Below are positions 54,001 through 64,000 of a stretch of 64,000 nt of DNA, in pieces; position 1 is the stretch's first letter, and each line of letters begins with the position of its first letter. The translations under genes and the position numbers were made by a program. The stretch comes from Lytechinus pictus (lineage: Eukaryota): positions 11,348,001 to 11,412,000 of the forward strand of contig NC_087251.1 of assembly GCF_037042905.1 (NCBI RefSeq), given 5' to 3'. Under the pieces are notes generated by a model, which did not search any database, was not told where the DNA came from, and worked only from the letters and a program-made list of their open reading frames with translations.

Positions 54001-57000
54001 ACAAGGGGGTTAGTAGCGACCTTGAAGAAAGGTTGCTACATGTATCTGCCTGGTTGTCTAAGGCAAATAATGCCTTTGGCCCCGCCTGGGCTGTGGATGT
54101 AGTGCCGAAGGACGATGGTCCTTTGATGGGGATCTGAGTCAAAGCCTTCTGCGTGTGCTTTGTACTGGGAGCCGTCTTTACATCTGATCAAGGAATACAG
54201 GAGGCGATCTGCATTTTTGATTAGCATCTGCCGTCTGCATGCTCACGCCGTCTGCATGAAATGGGCACCTGGTTCTGGCTTTGTCTTTGACTGGTGTTGC
54301 TCTATGGCCATTACCAGGATTCTGGCTGGTACATCTTGGAAGAATGCGCAGGTCAGACTTGTTGCGTGCTGCTTGTTTGAAGGCTGCTGACTGCTGATGT
54401 AAATACTGTGGCTGTTACCTCCTCTGCCTTGTGTTTCTCCTCCACTCCAATTCTAGTTCAACTGAAAGCTTGAGATAATCCTCCCAGTCCATGAATTGGG
54501 TCCATGAGCTGTCGCTGCAACTGGAGAACCTGCGTGTGGACAGTTGGCGAGTCACCTCCACCAGAGTGGAAGGTTTAGCCCTCTTCCTCTTTGTACAGTG
54601 TTGTTGCTTTGCTGATATGCTGGATGGGCCAAACAGGGTCATCAGCTGAGTTGGTCTCATGGTCCATCATAGCGATGATGTTTGGTTTGTTCCAAATCAC
54701 CATATTCCATTGCCTTGGGCACGGCAACCTTCATGTATCTACACATGTATACAAAGATCATCAAATGATATGTAATCATTTTGAAATCATTGTACTCTAC
54801 AAATTTGCCAAGTGGCAATCACTTACAGAAAAAAGATTGAACCAACTCATGAAATTAAAAATAACAATAATGTTATCCAATGTATATAGCATCTTGATCA
54901 TACAGACATGTAGGTTTACTAAAGTGGACCCGTGCATGATAGAATCAGGAGGGGTAATAGTTTGAACATGTTTTCTTTTTCTCTTTCTCTTTTCATTTTG
55001 GTGGTCGAAGGAGGAGGCTGTGGTATAGGGTAGCCAGGAATATCTCTATATGTTCAGGAGGGGACTCACTAGGTGGTTTCAAACCGTCTTGATCATAAGA
55101 ATCCCCGTTAAATTACGAGAACTATTTAAGGCTAAAAAATACCCATTAATTATTCCTGCATTCACACCGCCCCGAAACATACCCTTCGGGATAAGTTCCA
55201 GAAGTTACGAGCATGCGCAGTATGGTCTATATAAGCAGGCAAGGCGCAAGATTCAAAATCACTAGCTCAGCAGCCACCCACGGCGCCCGCGCCCAACGAC
55301 ACACTGGGCTAATAGTTGCCGTAAATTGCTTTCACATTGCCAAAATACCTGCGACCTTGGAAAAATCCCCGCGAAAGTTCTCGTAATTTCGCCAAGTACC
55401 TACTATTTAGCGGGTATTTTCTTTCGGGGAAATTACGCATAGTTTGCTTTCACATTACCAAAATACCTGGTATTTTCTGATCAGGGTAAATTTCCCGATC
55501 AGAGAATACCTGGAACTGACGAACTTCGAGGCGGTCTGAAACCACCTACTGAGCAGTTTTCCAAACTTGGGAAGCCTGAAGGACCACTGCCCTTGAAACC
55601 TGTGCCTGTTGGACATTTTAATTATCCAATATTTGCAAAATTTATTAAAACACTCGCACTGCATATGACGCAGGGCACCTTTTTTTTCATTACTTCACTG
55701 TGTGGGCCAAGAACTTATTCCCCTGGTATGTGTACATATGGGCCCCATTTCCGGACTTGTCTTTTAATAGTTGTTAAAAATCAACATTGATTAATATTAT
55801 TGCATTGAACATTGGTCATATAGATGGTACCAGCACAACATTAATGTAACCTAACATTTTTATTCTGATTGCTATTGAAACAGGGTAATCCTGTTGCCTT
55901 ACGCATTATTGGTAGCATCAAAATTAGAATGAAATGTTATACCTTTAAAAACGTGATGATATTGGTATGATTTTTAACATATGAGATTATTTAAATTGTC
56001 ATCTTTCATCTTTTCTGGCGATAAATTTGATAATTATCATTGTTGTAATAATCTCTCCTTCCTTTTTCTCATTCATTAAAATAGAACCACAGCTTCCACC
56101 AACATGAATGACACTAGCAGTAGATCACATGCCATCTTCACCATTACATTCACACAGGTACATCTTGATGATAATGATGAAAGTGGTGGTTAAAGTAGTG
56201 ATGATGATGATGATAATGATGATGAAATTAATTGTAATGATGATTGTGATGTTGCTGACAGTGATGATGATGACAGTAATAACGATAATAAATTATAACG
56301 ATGATGATGATGGTAATGATGATAACGACGATATTGATGATGATGATGATAGTTATCATGATTGGTGGTTATGATTGATGATGATGAGGATGATGGTTAT
56401 GATTGTTTATAGTGATAAGGTCGAGTTGTGTAGGATGGCGTTTTTTCGGGGGGGGGGGGGGTTAGGAGGTAATGTGTTCAAATTATTGAGTACATACCTT
56501 AAGATCATAGGTTTCAAATCTCACATTTTTACCCCCTAGTAAGATATATTTTCAAATACTTTTTTGAGACAATTTTCAGAATTTGTTATTATCATTTGTC
56601 AAAATATTCCTCTACTATCTATTTGATATCATTGAAAATTGATTGGTAACTGCTGAAGTGTTAAAGTGCAATTAAATGATGATAAAAGATTGATTTTTTT
56701 TTAAATTCTCCTTCACAATCTTGCAGACAAAAATAAACTTTGTCAATGTATACAAAGCCACAAATGATTTTGTGAATGAAATTTTTTCATAAGGAAATCA
56801 TAGTTTCAATATTAAAAATGTTTTGAAGAGTAAAAATTAACTATATACAGCATAAGTAAACTATGGGATTGTTGTTTTGTTGGTTAAATATGGTTGCATT
56901 CTTGATCCCTCTCTGTCCATGTCTTGTGTTCTGGGTAGATGAAATGAGGGGGGGGGGGGGCTGCAGCTGTATATGTTATAAACATGAATATCCTTTTTCT

Positions 57001-60000
57001 ATCACCCTGTACAGGCCAAGTACATAGCTGATATGCCAAGTGAGACAGTTAGTAAAATCAATCTAGTGGATTTAGCAGGAAGGTAATTGTATTTTCTCTT
57101 GTCTTTTTAATCTATGTTTCCCTCTCCCCCTTTAAATGTGTCTTTAACCCCTTGCCATCCTCCAAAACGTAAAATGTGTTAACTTTTCTTTAAAATGTTA
57201 AAAAGTGTAATTTGTAGAGAGATTTATCTACATTTGCTACTCTCCCCTTTGATGTTATATTGCATTTTTTAAAATAATTTTCTCAATCCTCAAATGAAAT
57301 TAAACAGAAAATAATCACTAAAAGCCTTATCATGGAAATGCAATGAACTTGTCCAAATCATTGCCTTTTCATTGTTCATTTATAACTTGTAAAGGTGTTC
57401 TTCATTATTCTCTATTTTTGTTACATAAGCTTTAAAGGGAAAAATGCAGGGATGAAAGATACTATTGTATTGTAATGTTGCCAACAAAGAACAAAAGCTT
57501 CAAATGAGGCTTCATATAATAATTCACTGTCCCTATTGGTGTGCACAAATCCATCATCATCACATTCTTTTCACTTGCAGTGAACGAGCCAATGCTACCG
57601 GTGCTACGGGGGACAGGTTAAAAGAAGGTGCCAATATCAACAAATCTCTTGTCACCCTTGGCAATGTCATCTCTGCTCTCGGTAAGTGTGTTTTGGCCTG
57701 GTCTCACAAAGAGTTGGGATCAAATGCAACTCCAAATATCCTACGCAACTTGAGTTTAAACCAATCAAATGTGTGCATTTAGGACTTGTGCTTGATATGC
57801 AACAGGCCCCTGTCTCTTTTCTTAGCAAGATGTGGGATAGATTAAAAACAAACTATGATTGTGGTTGATCTAGATATATGTAGTTAAGAGAGGGGAGTTT
57901 TAGATCAATTCCAATTTGAGTTTGATTCGACTCTCACAAGTTTTTGTGAGGCAGGGCCCTGATAGGATCTAGGCCTCAACTCGTCTTTTCTAAAAAGCAA
58001 TTCTCATGAATTTTGATAAAATAGAAATCCTATATAGATGAAATTCATTCTTATACGTCGCAGGTTATTTGAAATTATTGATTCATCATTACAAGTAATT
58101 ACATTTTGGGCATTTTTGGCAAATGTCTCAACGTGCATTGTACATATGACATTTTTCTTTAATAGTCATCCATTATATTGTGGGGTGTTTTTTTTTGGTA
58201 ACTGAAAAGAGGCATCGTCATATGAAACCTTGTACTACCTTGTGAAGTTATTTATGTTTTTAAAGACTGAATTGATTCTAAAATGAAGGAAATTGTCCTT
58301 GGTACATTCAAGACAGATGAACATAGACAGATCTGAATTTTATACAGGCTTTGATATCAAATTAATTTAATACAAAGAGGAAATTCCATAAAATATAGCC
58401 AATCACCTTTCTATGGAGCCTTTTTAAAATGATAAGTCTATGCTCATGAAGTGAATGAAAAATAGAAAAAATGGGGATGAGAGGTAAAAAATGAAGTTCA
58501 TTTCATGGAATTGTCGAAAGATGATTCATGTTTAGGGTGATATTAACACTCTTAATATTTTTTTTTCAAATTTGACGGGTGGTTTATTTATTTATTCAAC
58601 ATCTTATTTTTCAATAAGCGAGATACAAAGTTAACTTTCATATTCCTCTTTCCATTGAGTCATCTTACTGTCTGTGCCTTCTCTGCCCCCCCCAGCTGAT
58701 GCTTCGTCATCCTCTGCTCCTAGTCCAGGAGGGAACCGGAAGAAATCTCTCTTTATTCCATACAGAGATTCTGTTCTGACCTGGCTTCTTAAAGACAGTC
58801 TTGGTGGAAACTCTAAGACCATCATGGTAGCAAGTAAGTTTAATCCTTCAATTTATGTGTAGTGGCATTCTGGGCTTGTTTCATTAAGAGTTACAACTAT
58901 TGTAAATTTTTCATTATTTCAACTACTACAACTTTCATTGAAGTCTTGATTGTGATTGGCTGCTGCACACTGTTAACATGATGGCAGTTGCCATAATGGT
59001 CACAAGAGCAAAGGTTTTGTGAAAGACTATTCCACAACTCATATGCATATGCAGTTCATAATTATTGATCACCAAAAATATAAATATAGATTTCATTTAT
59101 ACCTTGGTAAATGATAAATGCAGATTTGGCATTCTTCTCATTTGTGCTGTGATGCACAATAAGCTTTAGTGGACATTATTGTGCCCCTCTGATGGAGTGT
59201 TAAATGGTGGTCTCATTTAAATCCTAGATCCCTCTGCAATCAAGCCAACCTGTATATGTGCACCTCAACCATTCAGTTTTACTAGGATTATACACCTATG
59301 CCAACAGGACAGTGGGTCAGCAATATTTGAAATCAGCACCCCAAAATACCTCTTTATGCAACATTTCAGTGCCACAATTCATTTAAAAACTCAGAGATAG
59401 TATGAATAAGCAAATAATCACCATTGGTGAAGGTGTTGGGCAAACTATCACTTTCAAGGCAAGCTGGATGTAGCTATTTTTCCGAAGCGAAGCTGAGGAA
59501 AGATTGCAGGTACATCCAGCTTGCCAAGGAAGTGACAGTTTGCCTTGTCACCTGAAATCCAGAGGTGATTATATGCTTTATATTCCGCATCGGTATCCAC
59601 TATAAACGAAGAAACAGATATCAATACGTCTCTCTTAGAATAATTTTGATTCCTTTGAAAAAAATCAATTGAGACGATTATGCTTGTTTTAATGCTAGCG
59701 CGTATGTAAACTGTGCACAAGCATCCGAGATCTTGCTCCAGCAAGATGTATTGTGACCTCAGAGGAATTTTACCATTACAACAAAACAATCGAGGCAATG
59801 AGCAAAGTGCTTATGTACACTGAACATATGCATTTAGATCTTGCGCGATTTTCACTGCAGGTGATTTAGAATGATGGAACAAAAAAATTGAGTGGCAATG
59901 ACCTCTTCATTTCGCTTGTATTCAAACTTATTCATAATGCGTTATGACCCTCTGGGCTGAAAATATCAGCAAAACACAAAAGTTCCATCACTGCGAGTGA

Positions 60001-62492
60001 TGATTGATGGGGAAACTACCCTTTATCACATGACTGACTTCTGACCAATCCTATTGCAAGATTCTTAGTATGCAGAATATAATAAGTTTTAACGATTTTA
60101 TGTGGGGGCCATTGTTTAATTCAAGATGGTGTGGGCAGCAATTCTATTAAATTGTCTTCCCAGAATACCCCCCTTTTGCCAAATTTCACTCTTTCTGCTG
60201 TATCACAATATGCACTATAATAAATTAATTTGTAATTCAGTCTCACAACAGTACCAAATCTTAAACTGAAGTATTATTGGATTTGGCTCTCAGACTTGGC
60301 TCTTACAATACTTGTGTTTTATGGTCTTTCAGCAACTGTACATACCAGACTGAGTTTTGATTTAATATTCAAGTCATGGAATCGTGTCAGATTTCATTAT
60401 GTGCTTTGGCACTGTATCGTATGTAACCCAAATAACCAAAAGAATCATGCACGCTTTCTTTTTCATGTAAATTCCAACATATTTTGTAATGATCTATGTT
60501 AAATAAAAAAATCTGTAGATATTCTATGATTTGAATATTTCTTTTTTCTTCTTTGCCTGTACTTTCCAGCCATTTCACCTGCTGATGTGAACTATGGAGA
60601 AACTCTAAGCACATTACGATACGCAAACAGAGCAAAGAACATCATCAATAAACCTACTATCAATGAGGTATGAAGATTTCAGATTTATGTGTTTCAATCA
60701 TTAGTAAGAACATTTTAAATCATTGATTTTATTATGATAATGATGAAAAATTTATTAAAAAGTGGGTGGTTCAAGGAGGAGGGGGAGGGGATTGCCAGAG
60801 TCAACATTGAAGGAGCAAGTGGGGGAGGGTAGGAGGGTGGGGTTGTGCAAAGTGGAAGGAGGGGTAAAGATGATTGCAGTTTGGGGTGAATCCAATGGGT
60901 ATTTCAAATAAACTTGATCCCATCCTCTTTTTTCATGAAACTTCATAATTCTCTGCTGAATGATCTGCATTTAAATATAAATATAATGATGTTATTGAAA
61001 AAACTAATCTTATGTAGATTATCACTTATTTTTATTTTTTCTGTCACCTATATTGCATTTTTGTTTATGCCAACAATTCAGATTTCTATATATTAATTGT
61101 GGACACACATACACCCTGTGGATGATACAAAGAACTGCGAAAGCTTCAAATTGAACCCAAATTTAGATTGATTTAAATCTTATCTCTTAATTCCACAATT
61201 TGAATTCAATCTATTACAGTTCTCTGTAAGATAGGAATGAAGGATGCAGAGTTATCTGAAAAGGAAGAAGTCTTTTATTACAATTTTTTTGCTGTCTACT
61301 TGAAAGATAATATTCCTAGAATGTGTTTATGTTTACACATCAAATTACATTGTGAATTATTTGGATAGTATTCTTGTTAACTGGTTGGGATTGAATTATG
61401 TAATATGCTTTATACACGACCATTGAGTCAAGTAGGCAAATAGTTTAGCAAACAGTTGTTTGAATGAAGAAAGTAGCTTGTCATTGTTGACTGTTTTCAT
61501 TCTATTCTTGATATCAATTTATAGGATAAAAATGTAAAACTTATCAGAGAACTGAGAGCAGAGATTGCCAGATTAAAGAAGAGACTTGGAACATCAGTGA
61601 GTATCTAAATATTTTAAGAAGACATCTAAATTATGACAAACTTAAAAGCTTTTGTTGTGAACTTGGAAGTTATTTTGACAGTTTTTCATACTTCAGAAAA
61701 AGAATAATTTCATTCCCGTAGTTTGCAGAGGATTTTCAACTGCATGCAAAACTTGTAAGATTTGAATATTAGTGGACAAAGAAAATACATGCCTGGTGTT
61801 TAAGTCATGATTTTGAATTCAAAATTCTAGTTTTTCAGTGATGTATTCAGTTTATTTGTAATTATGTAATAACTCATTAATATGTCACTTTGTTGTGTGC
61901 CTGGATATAAATTTATTTGTTGTGCATATTTTATCAACAGTCTTAAAAATATTATTGTTCAATCATTTGAACTAGTTGTTAGGTTGGGCAAACAGTCTAT
62001 TTTATCAAATTTATGAAATTTTGAATGATATAGTAAAAGATAAAAAACAACACCCTAGTAATGAATGGGAAAGTAAGCAGAAATAATAAGCCAGTTTATA
62101 TATAATTAATCCCAAATCCAGCTGAAGTAGCCCAATATTGTTATGATTATATTTTTTCTATTAAAGAATTAATTATTAAGGAGTGTCTTTCATCCATACT
62201 TTTACTTTGCCACTTTTATTGATTGTTGATAATTAGAAGCACACTGATATTATTTTTCCTAATATTATATCTAATATGTGCAAGTGGCGTGTTCCCTTAA
62301 TTAACAACTAATAATTTATTGATTAGAGGTAAAAGAGTAGGTTTAGATAGTGTAGCTATGTGATTAGATAGAACCAACTTCTTGAATTTAATTTATATTA
62401 TTTTCTTTTCCCCCTTAACTCTCCAAAAGGACTTTGACGATCTCCCTATAGGCAATAATATGATGGACAAATTACATGAGAATGAAGAAAGA
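10182..62492 (+). CDS. KIF16B: Kinesin-3 motor, KIF16B/Klp98A-like; 15 coding exons, 411 codons, 3'-incomplete (continues beyond window)
   Basis: Hand-spliced exons join in frame through GT-AG introns. Motifs: [12 protein letters not shown] start, P-loop GQTGSGKS, switch I SSRSH, switch [33 protein letters not shown], and neck coil [16 protein letters not shown]. The N-terminus and the [33 protein letters not shown] segment match KIF16B as I recall it. Confidence 0.93.
11587..11656 (+). CDS. KIF16B: KIF16B-like exon 2 ([23 protein letters not shown])
   Basis: Polypyrimidine tract plus tgcag acceptor; donor AAG|gtaaga; 70 nt, restores frame. Confidence 0.93.
11698..12298 (+). mobile_element. 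MITE family A, copy 2
   Basis: TTAA TSD; long TIRs; near-identical to 42018-42620; lies 41 bp after the exon 2 donor. Confidence 0.92.
14287..14871 (-). mobile_element. MITE family A, copy 3 (inverted)
   Basis: CAAGTCCACCCCAACAAAAG ... TTTCTGAGGTGGACTTGACCT. Confidence 0.88.
14936..15751. mobile_element. Harbinger-like MITE with AATCATGATT subterminal arrays
   Basis: GGGTGCGTTTAT ... ATAAACGCAGCC termini; repeated AATCA(T/C)GATT palindromes at both ends. Confidence 0.75.
16286..16846. mobile_element. MITE with CCCGG termini and an 8-bp TSD
   Basis: GTGTTTAT|CCCGGGGGGGCCACTT...GGATACCATGCGCGACC ... GGTCGCGCATGGTATCC...AAGTGGCCCCCCCGGG|GTGTTTAT. Confidence 0.92.
16991..17464. mobile_element. 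Tc1/mariner-like MITE
   Basis: TA|CAGTGCGTCCCACAAAAAACGAAACC ... GGTTTCGTTTTTTCTGGGACGCACTG|TA. Confidence 0.9.
17938..18919 (+). mobile_element. Non-autonomous Helentron-type element (HINE/DINE-1-like), family F copy 1
   Basis: T-rich 5' end; subTIRs GTCTCACCTGCA / TGCAGGTGAGAC; (GGC)n microsatellite; central 162-192 bp tandem repeats; CTTGTT end. Confidence 0.85.
21607..24261. mobile_element. 2.65-kb non-autonomous DNA element with CA...TG ends and degenerate internal repeats
   Basis: TTAAAC|CAGGGGTGGATCCAG ... CTGGATCCGCCTATG|TTAAAC; GCGAGCGCGAAGCGCGAGC-like motif recurs about every 100-130 bp. Confidence 0.8.
23613..24059. mobile_element. Nested TA-flanked MITE
   Basis: TA|CCGTGTTTACACTTAATCGGCA ... 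TGCCGATTAAGTGTAAACACGG|TA; internal GGCTCGCGGTTCTGAACCGCGAGC palindromes. Confidence 0.9.
25425..25759 (+). mobile_element. HINE family F, internally deleted copy
   Basis: GTCTCGCCTGCA start; partial central repeat; GCCAGAG..CCACTTGTT end. Confidence 0.8.
29187..29340 (+). mobile_element. tRNA-derived SINE
   Basis: GGTGCC/GGCACC acceptor-like stem (29187-29267); A-box-like GGCCAAGTGG; B-box-like GTTTGATCC; followed by a non-tRNA core TATGCCCGTTAGCAAGGCATT. Confidence 0.75.
29675..30066. mobile_element. TTAA-flanked MITE (Kolobok-like, family C)
   Basis: TTAA|AGATAAATTCCAGT ... ACTGGAATTTCTC|TTAA. Confidence 0.75.
32662..33446 (+). mobile_element. Harbinger-like MITE carrying a truncated family A insert (33147-33281)
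   Basis: GCGGTGCTGCACCAGCCCGAGTTT ... AAACTCAGGCTGGTGCAGATGGC; homologous to 34500-34899 in the opposite orientation. Confidence 0.8.
33787..34303. mobile_element. TA-flanked MITE with TAGTACGGGGTTA repeats
   Basis: TA|CCCTTTTTACACAGG ... CCTGTGTAAAAAGGG|TA. Confidence 0.9.
34500..34899 (-). mobile_element. Inverted, shorter copy of the 32662 MITE family
   Basis: GGGCCGTCTGCACCATCCCGAGTTT ... AAACTCGGGATGGTGCAGCACCGCC. Confidence 0.85.
35209..35328 (+). CDS. KIF16B: KIF16B-like exon 3 ([40 protein letters not shown])
   Basis: ttttttag acceptor; donor AGG|gtaagt; kinesin-3 [11 protein letters not shown] motif; 120 nt. Confidence 0.95.
35914..36079. mobile_element. Small TA-flanked MITE
   Basis: TA|CACTCAGAATT ... 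AATTCTGAGAG|TA. Confidence 0.6.
37750..37935 (+). mobile_element. 3' tail of a non-LTR (CR1/L2-like) element
   Basis: CAGGGCCCCC...GGGGCTACCCTG stem-loop followed by an (AAAT)n tail; 5' limit uncertain. Confidence 0.55.
39400..39516 (+). CDS. KIF16B: KIF16B-like exon 4, P-loop ([39 protein letters not shown])
   Basis: cttag acceptor; donor gtaggt; Walker A GQTGSGKS; 117 nt. Confidence 0.97.
40633..41133. mobile_element. Foldback MITE with AGG...CCT|TTAA ends (Kolobok-like, family D)
   Basis: AGGGGAAGTTTATCCTGACAAAAAGTTT ... AAACTTTTCGTCTGGGTGTACTTCCT|TTAA; internal GTGACGTCA in both arms. Confidence 0.78.
42018..42620 (+). mobile_element. MITE family A, copy 5
   Basis: TTAA TSD on both sides; full length. 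Confidence 0.92.
43683..44198. mobile_element. MITE with CCCGG termini and a 7-8 bp TSD
   Basis: GAATCCT|CCCGGGGG...GGTATGTGCCGCGG ... CCGCGGCACATACC...CCCCGGG|GAATCCT. Confidence 0.88.
44520..44552 (+). CDS. KIF16B: KIF16B-like exon 5 ([11 protein letters not shown])
   Basis: ccaccag acceptor; donor GAG|gtaaaa; GLIPRICE kinesin motif; 33 nt. Confidence 0.93.
44626..47802 (-). mobile_element. Composite Helentron-type (HINE) element, family G, with a ~1.39-kb internal duplication
   Basis: Minus-strand 3' end: subTIR, AATTCGTC/GACGAATT hairpin, CTAG-TT. 5' end: TT, subTIR ATTAGGTGGTCTGTC, inverted repeat, T-rich microsatellite. Confidence 0.85.
48017..48075 (+). CDS. KIF16B: KIF16B-like exon 6 ([20 protein letters not shown])
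   Basis: ttccag acceptor; donor AG|gtatgt; 59 nt. Confidence 0.92.
48164..49506 (+). mobile_element. HINE family F, copy 2 (more central repeats)
   Basis: Same termini as 17938-18919; about 6-7 central units. Confidence 0.88.
51685..51805 (+). mobile_element. SINE core/3' fragment
   Basis: CCACTCTCCACCCAGGTG...ACTCCCCAGGGAGTGG resembles deuterostome SINE cores (from recall). Confidence 0.45.
52001..52104 (+). CDS. KIF16B: KIF16B-like exon 7 ([34 protein letters not shown])
   Basis: taatag acceptor; donor G|gtatgt; EIYxERVRDLL and LRVREHP motifs; 104 nt. Confidence 0.96.
52891..52960 (+). CDS. KIF16B: KIF16B-like exon 8 ([24 protein letters not shown])
   Basis: ctccag acceptor; donor AG|gtactt; 70 nt. 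Confidence 0.94.
53490..53800 (-). mobile_element. 3' tail of a non-LTR element (antisense)
   Basis: Reverse complement resembles the stem-loop tail at 37855-37935 (AAGGTAGCCCTTT...AAAGGGGCCTT). Confidence 0.45.
55072..55546. mobile_element. TA-flanked MITE
   Basis: TA|GGTGGTTTCAAACCG ... CGGTCTGAAACCACC|TA. Confidence 0.85.
56085..56157 (+). CDS. KIF16B: KIF16B-like exon 9, switch I ([24 protein letters not shown])
   Basis: atag acceptor; donor CAG|gtacat; SSRSH motif; 73 nt. Confidence 0.96.
56165..56405. repeat. Degenerate (GAT)n microsatellite
   Basis: Direct inspection; explains the Met/Asp-rich ORF 56108-56374. Confidence 0.9.
57015..57082 (+). CDS. KIF16B: KIF16B-like exon 10 ([23 protein letters not shown])
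   Basis: tacag acceptor; donor AG|gtaatt; switch II DLAGS; 68 nt. Confidence 0.96.
57581..57681 (+). CDS. KIF16B: KIF16B-like exon 11 ([33 protein letters not shown])
   Basis: ttgcag acceptor; donor G|gtaagt; 101 nt. Confidence 0.97.
58696..58833 (+). CDS. KIF16B: KIF16B-like exon 12, loop 12/K-loop ([45 protein letters not shown])
   Basis: cccag acceptor; donor A|gtaagt; 138 nt. Confidence 0.96.
59300..60025. mobile_element. Partial Kolobok-like MITE with an internal inverted repeat; left boundary uncertain
   Basis: Ends GGGAAACTACCCTTTA; internal inverted repeat GGCAAACTATCAC..GGCAAGCTGGATGTA / TACATCCAGCTTGCC..GTGACAGTTTGCC (59439-59544). Confidence 0.5.
60570..60667 (+). CDS. KIF16B: KIF16B-like exon 13 ([32 protein letters not shown])
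   Basis: ttccag acceptor; donor GAG|gtatga; 98 nt. Confidence 0.97.
61525..61596 (+). CDS. KIF16B: KIF16B-like exon 14, neck coil ([24 protein letters not shown])
   Basis: ttatag acceptor; donor gtgagt; 72 nt. Confidence 0.95.
62430..62492 (+). CDS. KIF16B: KIF16B-like exon 15 ([21 protein letters not shown])
   Basis: Pyrimidine tract plus aaag acceptor; donor gtgagt; in frame; resembles the KLxxNExR start of CC1; 63 nt. Confidence 0.82.
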
Positions 62493-63314
62493 GTGAGTAA
62501 TTTTATTGCTATGAATTCAGCAAATTGAGGGTTGATTTGAAAGCATATTTATTCAACTGTTAGTGATGAATCAATTCTGAGTAAATTTCTTGCATCTTCT
62601 TTATTTATTTCCTATTCTTTTCTGTAAAGCAATAAGACACGTACATTGGATGACTAGATTATATCATACTGTATATCACCCATCTTCTTTTTGTCTCTCT
62701 CTTCTTATCCTCCTCCTCAACCCTCCCCCCCCCCCCTCATCTTCCTCTCCCTTCTCATTATACCTCAAGTCTTGAAGACTTTGCATGTAGATGTACAAGG
62801 TTTCTTGCATTCTCTTTTCAGGGAATGTTGTTGGTATAATGGAATCATTGATTTGAATTCCTTTCCTGAATTCAATATGTTACTCTCTCACTATGGTCAG
62901 TTGTCTTGTACATAGCAGTAGTACATCATATCTTTATTAGAGATCAAGAATAACAAGAACCAGGCCCTGCATCCTATCAGGTTGGCCGGCAGGTTAAAAT
63001 TTACATTATTACCAGATACATAACAAACAGTACATTATACATTACAATCATAATACATTATATGCAGATGCCAGATGATATACATATAACAGTAAAAGCA
63101 CAAATAACGATGTTGTGAACAGCTGCCAATAGCAAAAGTGCAGAGGTTTGCAGTGGTGCGACTACCATGCTACCGGCGCCATGTCCTTTTTTTTTTGGTC
63201 AGTTTAACTTTTCTCTTATACATAACTAGTGTTTGCAATAAATATTTCTGATTTCAGAACTGTTCTTTTTCTGAAAAAGAGTTAAACAATTAAGTTTATT
63301 TCAATGTCACTGTC

Positions 63315-63460
63315 TGAAACTATATTCATTTGTAGAGTTTCAAGAAATTAATCTGTCAAATGACTTCTGTCTGTCTCTCAACATGTATTCATTTTGAAAC
63401 TATATTAATTTGTAGAGTCTCAAGAAATTAATATGTCAAAGGACTTATGTCTGTCTCTCA
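63315..63460. repeat. Two-copy ~80-bp tandem repeat
   Basis: TGAAACTATATT..GTAGAG..CAAGAAATTAAT..GTCTGTCTCTCA occurs twice. Confidence 0.85.
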
Positions 63461-63667
63461 GCATCAATTGTGACCACCTTTCACAACCATTATTACAGTG
63501 ATCCTTATATCATGCAAGATGATGTGACCTTGTCATTGTTGCCTGGCCAACAGACAGATGAAATTCCCCAATGTATCATGTTGCAGTACTAGAAATAACA
63601 TAACTGGGTTTGGGCAAGATGGGGATGGTAAAGTGGAAGGGAGACATTTCTGACTGTACTAGGACAT

Positions 63668-63952
63668 CAGGGGTGTATTTTATGGAGAGTTTTGTCAGTG
63701 GTTTTCACTGACTAATTTGCTCTCAGCCAATCAGATGCAAGGATTTCCAGTACCTTTGTACACTGTACATGTGTTGATGAAAGCCACCGAGAGAACTATT
63801 TATGAGATGCTCCCTAGGAGAGCATTTGAGGACGTGTTGTGCTAGTGATTTTTTCACATACTGATTTGTGTTCATCCAATCAGATCGAAGGATCACAAGA
63901 GCACATGAAAGTTGTCACTGAAAACTCACTGCCAAATTGCTTCATGAAAGCG
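63668..63952. repeat. Two adjacent degenerate copies of a short palindromic interspersed repeat (relatives near 35717, 39925, 58878)
   Basis: Shared CAGCCAATCA(G)AT..CAAGG core and TTCATGAAA-like ends. Confidence 0.5.
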
Positions 63953-64000
63953 AGCTGAAAACAAACACAAATTTCATGAAGATGTACATGAATATTTTAT

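Noticed and set aside
60333..60502. Mutually exclusive alternative to exon 13
   Set aside because: An in-frame acceptor exists (ctttcag), but the translation has no resemblance to the [14 protein letters not shown] helix
62822..62915. Next KIF16B exon after exon 15
   Set aside because: An acceptor is present, but the phase-0 frame hits TAA after five codons and lacks coiled-coil character

Overview
AT-rich, repeat-dense animal genomic DNA. The repeat landscape suggests an invertebrate deuterostome such as a sea urchin (inference). None of the supplied long ORFs is a real gene on its own. The main gene is a + strand kinesin-3 of the KIF16B/Klp98A type. I spliced 15 GT-AG coding exons by hand (10182..62492, 1233 nt, 411 codons, no stops), covering the whole motor domain, the neck coil and the start of CC1; the gene continues past the window. 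A divergent minus-strand gene starts near 1337 with a signal-peptide exon. Between the two genes, a second promoter-like island (~5100-5516) with several splice signals suggests an unannotated spliced non-coding transcript. Introns are packed with non-autonomous DNA transposons: TTAA/Kolobok-like, TA-flanked, Harbinger-like and CCCGG-ended MITEs, Helentron-type HINEs, a tRNA-derived SINE and LINE tails. The most unusual features are a ~5-kb ORF-less element studded with an orientation-polarised 14-mer, HINE arrays carrying perfect nuclear-receptor DR1 sites, a HINE with three 5' ends and one 3' end, and several near-perfect promoter-proximal hairpins including a likely P-type excision footprint. 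I cannot support a claim of a new protein-encoded system.
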